DNA of 64,000 nucleotides from Escherichia coli (GTDB lineage Bacteria; Pseudomonadota; Gammaproteobacteria; Enterobacterales; Enterobacteriaceae): NCBI RefSeq assembly GCF_011045215.1, contig NZ_CP049201.1; one strand, 5' to 3'. Shown piece by piece: positions 61,610 to 64,000 of this stretch (position 1 is its first letter; each line of letters starts with the position of its first letter). The notes under the pieces were generated by a model. It saw only the letters and a program-made list of their open reading frames with translations, ran no database searches and was not told where the DNA came from. The position numbers and the translations under genes were made by a program.

Positions 61610-61975
61610 GTCGACAGGGAGTCAGACAACGAAGTGAACATCAGGATGATGACACTTCTGAAGGACACACCAGGATGGTGTTTCAGGGAAAGGCTTCTGG
61701 ATGAAGCGAAGAGGATGACGCAGGACGCGTTAAAGGACACCTCCAGGATGGAGAATGAGAACCGGTCAGGATGATTCGGTGGGTCAGGAAGGCCAGGGAC
61801 ACTTCAGGATGAAGTATCACATCGGGGTGGTGTGAGCAGGAAGCAATAGTTCAGGATGAACGATTGGCCGCAAGGCCAGAGGAAAAGTTGTCAAGGATGA
61901 GCAGGGAGCAACAAATGTAGCTGGAATGCTGCGAAACGAACCGGGAGCACTGTGAATACAGTGCTCCCTTTTTTT
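61610..61975 (+). ncRNA. csrB: CsrB regulatory RNA (CsrA-sequestering)
   Basis: Begins GTCGACAGGGAGTCAGACAACGAAGTGAAC; about 366 nt with many CAGGATG / AGGA repeats; ends in hairpin GGGAGCACTGTGAATACAGTGCTCCC plus T7; no long ORF. Confidence 0.9.
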
Positions 61976-62020
61976 ATTCCTGCTATCCTTCGCGGCAGTT
62001 TTTCTTATTGAGGTTGCTTT

Positions 62021-62350
62021 ATGACCACTCATGACCGCGTTCGTCTCCAGTTGCAGGCGCTTGAAGCGTTACTGCGTGAACATCAGCACTGGCAAAACGA
62101 TGAACCCCAGCCGCATCAATTTAACAGTACCCAACCGTTCTTTATGGACACCATGGAACCACTGGAGTGGTTGCAATGGGTGCTGATCCCACGAATGCAC
62201 GATTTGTTAGATAACAACCAGCCGTTACCGGGCGCTTTTGCTGTTGCACCCTATTATGAAATGGCGCTGGCGACGGACCATCCGCAACGCGCGCTTATTC
62301 TGGCTGAGTTGGAAAAACTGGATGCTCTTTTTGCGGATGATGCGAGCTAA
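62021..62350 (+). CDS. yqcC: DUF446 protein
   Basis: 109-aa ORF. Confidence 0.88.
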   Translation: MTTHDRVRLQLQALEALLREHQHWQNDEPQPHQFNSTQPFFMDTMEPLEWLQWVLIPRMHDLLDNNQPLPGAFAVAPYYEMALATDHPQRALILAELEKLDALFADDAS

Positions 62351-63132
62351 TGCTGGAAATACTCTATCAGGATGAATGGCTGGTTGCGGTAAATAAACCC
62401 TCCGGCTGGCTGGTTCACCGCAGCTGGCTGGATCGCGACGAGAAAGTAGTGGTCATGCAAACCGTGCGTGACCAGATAGGCCAGCATGTTTTTACTGCTC
62501 ATCGTCTGGACCGACCCACTTCTGGTGCGTTGTTGATGGGATTATCCAGCGAGGCCGGACGGCTGCTGGCACAACAGTTTGAACAGCACCAAATCCAGAA
62601 ACGTTACCATGCAATTGTGCGCGGCTGGTTGATGGAAGAAGCGGTGCTGGATTATCCACTGGTGGAAGAACTGGACAAAATCGCTGATAAATTTGCCCGC
62701 GAAGATAAAGGCCCGCAGCCAGCAGTGACGCATTATCGCGGTCTGGCGACCGTAGAAATGCCTGTAGCGACCGGACGTTACCCGACCACGCGCTACGGCC
62801 TGGTGGAACTGGAGCCGAAAACCGGACGCAAGCACCAGCTCCGTCGCCATCTTGCCCATTTGCGTCATCCGATTATTGGCGATAGCAAACATGGCGATTT
62901 ACGCCAGAATCGCAGCGGTGCTGAGTATTTTGGCCTTCAGCGCTTAATGCTGCATGCCAGTCAGTTGTCATTGACGCATCCTTTTACTGGCGAGCCGCTG
63001 ACTATTCACGCGGGCCTGGACGACACCTGGATGCAGGCGTTATCACAATTTGGCTGGCGCAATCTGCTTCCTGAAAATGAAAGGGTTGAGTTCAGTGCGC
63101 CATCGGGTCAGGATGGAGAGATAAGTTCCTAA
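62350..63132 (+). CDS. truC: tRNA pseudouridine(65) synthase
   Basis: 260-aa ORF; start overlaps yqcC stop. Confidence 0.93.
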
Positions 63133-63149
63133 TCCAGGGAGAAAACGGT

Positions 63150-63599
63150 ATGGCGGAAATTGGTATTTTTGTCGGCACCATGTACGGAAATTCGCTGTTA
63201 GTGGCGGAAGAAGCAGAAGCAATTCTGACCGCGCAGGGCCACAAAGCAACGGTATTTGAAGATCCTGAATTAAGCGACTGGCTGCCCTATCAGGATAAGT
63301 ATGTTCTGGTGGTTACGTCCACGACCGGGCAGGGCGACCTTCCTGATAGCATTGTGCCGCTCTTTCAGGGAATCAAAGATAGTCTGGGCTTCCAGCCGAA
63401 TCTGCGTTATGGCGTGATTGCGCTCGGCGACAGCAGTTATGTAAATTTCTGCAATGGCGGCAAACAGTTCGATGCCTTGTTGCAGGAACAGAGCGCTCAG
63501 CGGGTTGGCGAAATGCTGTTGATTGACGCCAGTGAGAACCCGGAACCGGAAACGGAATCAAATCCGTGGGTCGAACAGTGGGGCACGCTGTTGTCCTGA
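63150..63599 (+). CDS. yqcA: flavodoxin-like protein
   Basis: 149-aa ORF with flavodoxin signature ([13 protein letters not shown]). Confidence 0.9.
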
Positions 63600-63653
63600 T
63601 ATGTTCAGCGAGCGGTAAATGCCGTTTTAGCGGTGCTGAATCGAATCTTTTCA

Positions 63654-63706
63654 GGCAAATGCCAGTAAAAACTGCTTCATAGCGCGGATTTTTACTGGCG
63701 TTTGCC
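63654..63706. terminator. long inverted repeat downstream of yqcA (possible terminator or regulatory hairpin)
   Basis: GGCAAATGCCAGTAAAAA ... TTTTTACTGGCGTTTGCC, 18-bp arms with one mismatch around a 17-nt loop. Confidence 0.35.
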
Positions 63707-64000
63707 TGGAGTCAAGCGATCCATTTCATACTCTTCTTTATTTCTTCGTTTTAACCCTTCCTTTCTTGTTCTTGTTTTCATTTCCGTGAAGTGGATTCCA
63801 CCGTCCAGGGCTAATGCCAAAATCGGGCCTCATTGAACGCATTAATGTTGTGTTGTTGCACGGTGAGCCGCTATGGCGCGCTTTTTATACTGCTATTACC
63901 AGATATTAACACGCGCCGTATTCGGCGAACGACCTATAAAAACGGCAAAAAACACCCTACGTCACCTCTGATTTCCTGGCGATGTCGCAGTCCAGAGTGA

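Noticed and set aside
61610-61975. Possible CRISPR-like array from repeated CAGGATG motifs
   Set aside because: The repeats are 7 nt, irregularly spaced, and match CsrB GGA motifs; there are no 28-37 bp repeats with unique spacers and no cas genes in the window.

Overview
This window is an Escherichia coli chromosomal segment syntenic with the K-12 yqeF to yqcA region (about 63-64 min), read in reverse orientation relative to K-12 gene numbering. It is densely packed with well-known housekeeping genes: kduID, araE, ygeA, lysR/lysA, galR, aas-lplT, tas, ygdR, ygdQ, mutH, rppH-ptsP, lgt-thyA, ppdA-ppdB-ygdB-ppdC-recC-ptrA-recB-recD, argA, amiC, one initiator tRNA-fMet, mltA, tcdA, csdAE, ygdI, gcvA, ygdD-rlmM, the fuc regulon, xni, sdaCB, ppnN, queF, syd, yqcC-truC-yqcA. 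Four known small RNAs are recognisable from sequence: OmrB and OmrA, GcvB and CsrB. The mutH-rppH spacer carries DnaA boxes consistent with DARS2. I found no CRISPR array, no defence island and no convincingly novel system; this is core genome. The points most worth a second look are strain-level differences from my recollection of K-12: (1) an IS200 element (Y1/HUH transposase, about 0.7 kb) inserted between ygdI and the 3' end of gcvB; (2) an in-frame TAA in the prepilin leader of ppdC; (3) a single tRNA-fMet gene where K-12 has three tandem copies. Coordinates of CDS come from the supplied ORF track, trimmed to the start that matches the known protein N-terminus; RNA and site coordinates were counted by eye and may be off by a few bases. 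All K-12 comparisons are from memory, not from a database search.
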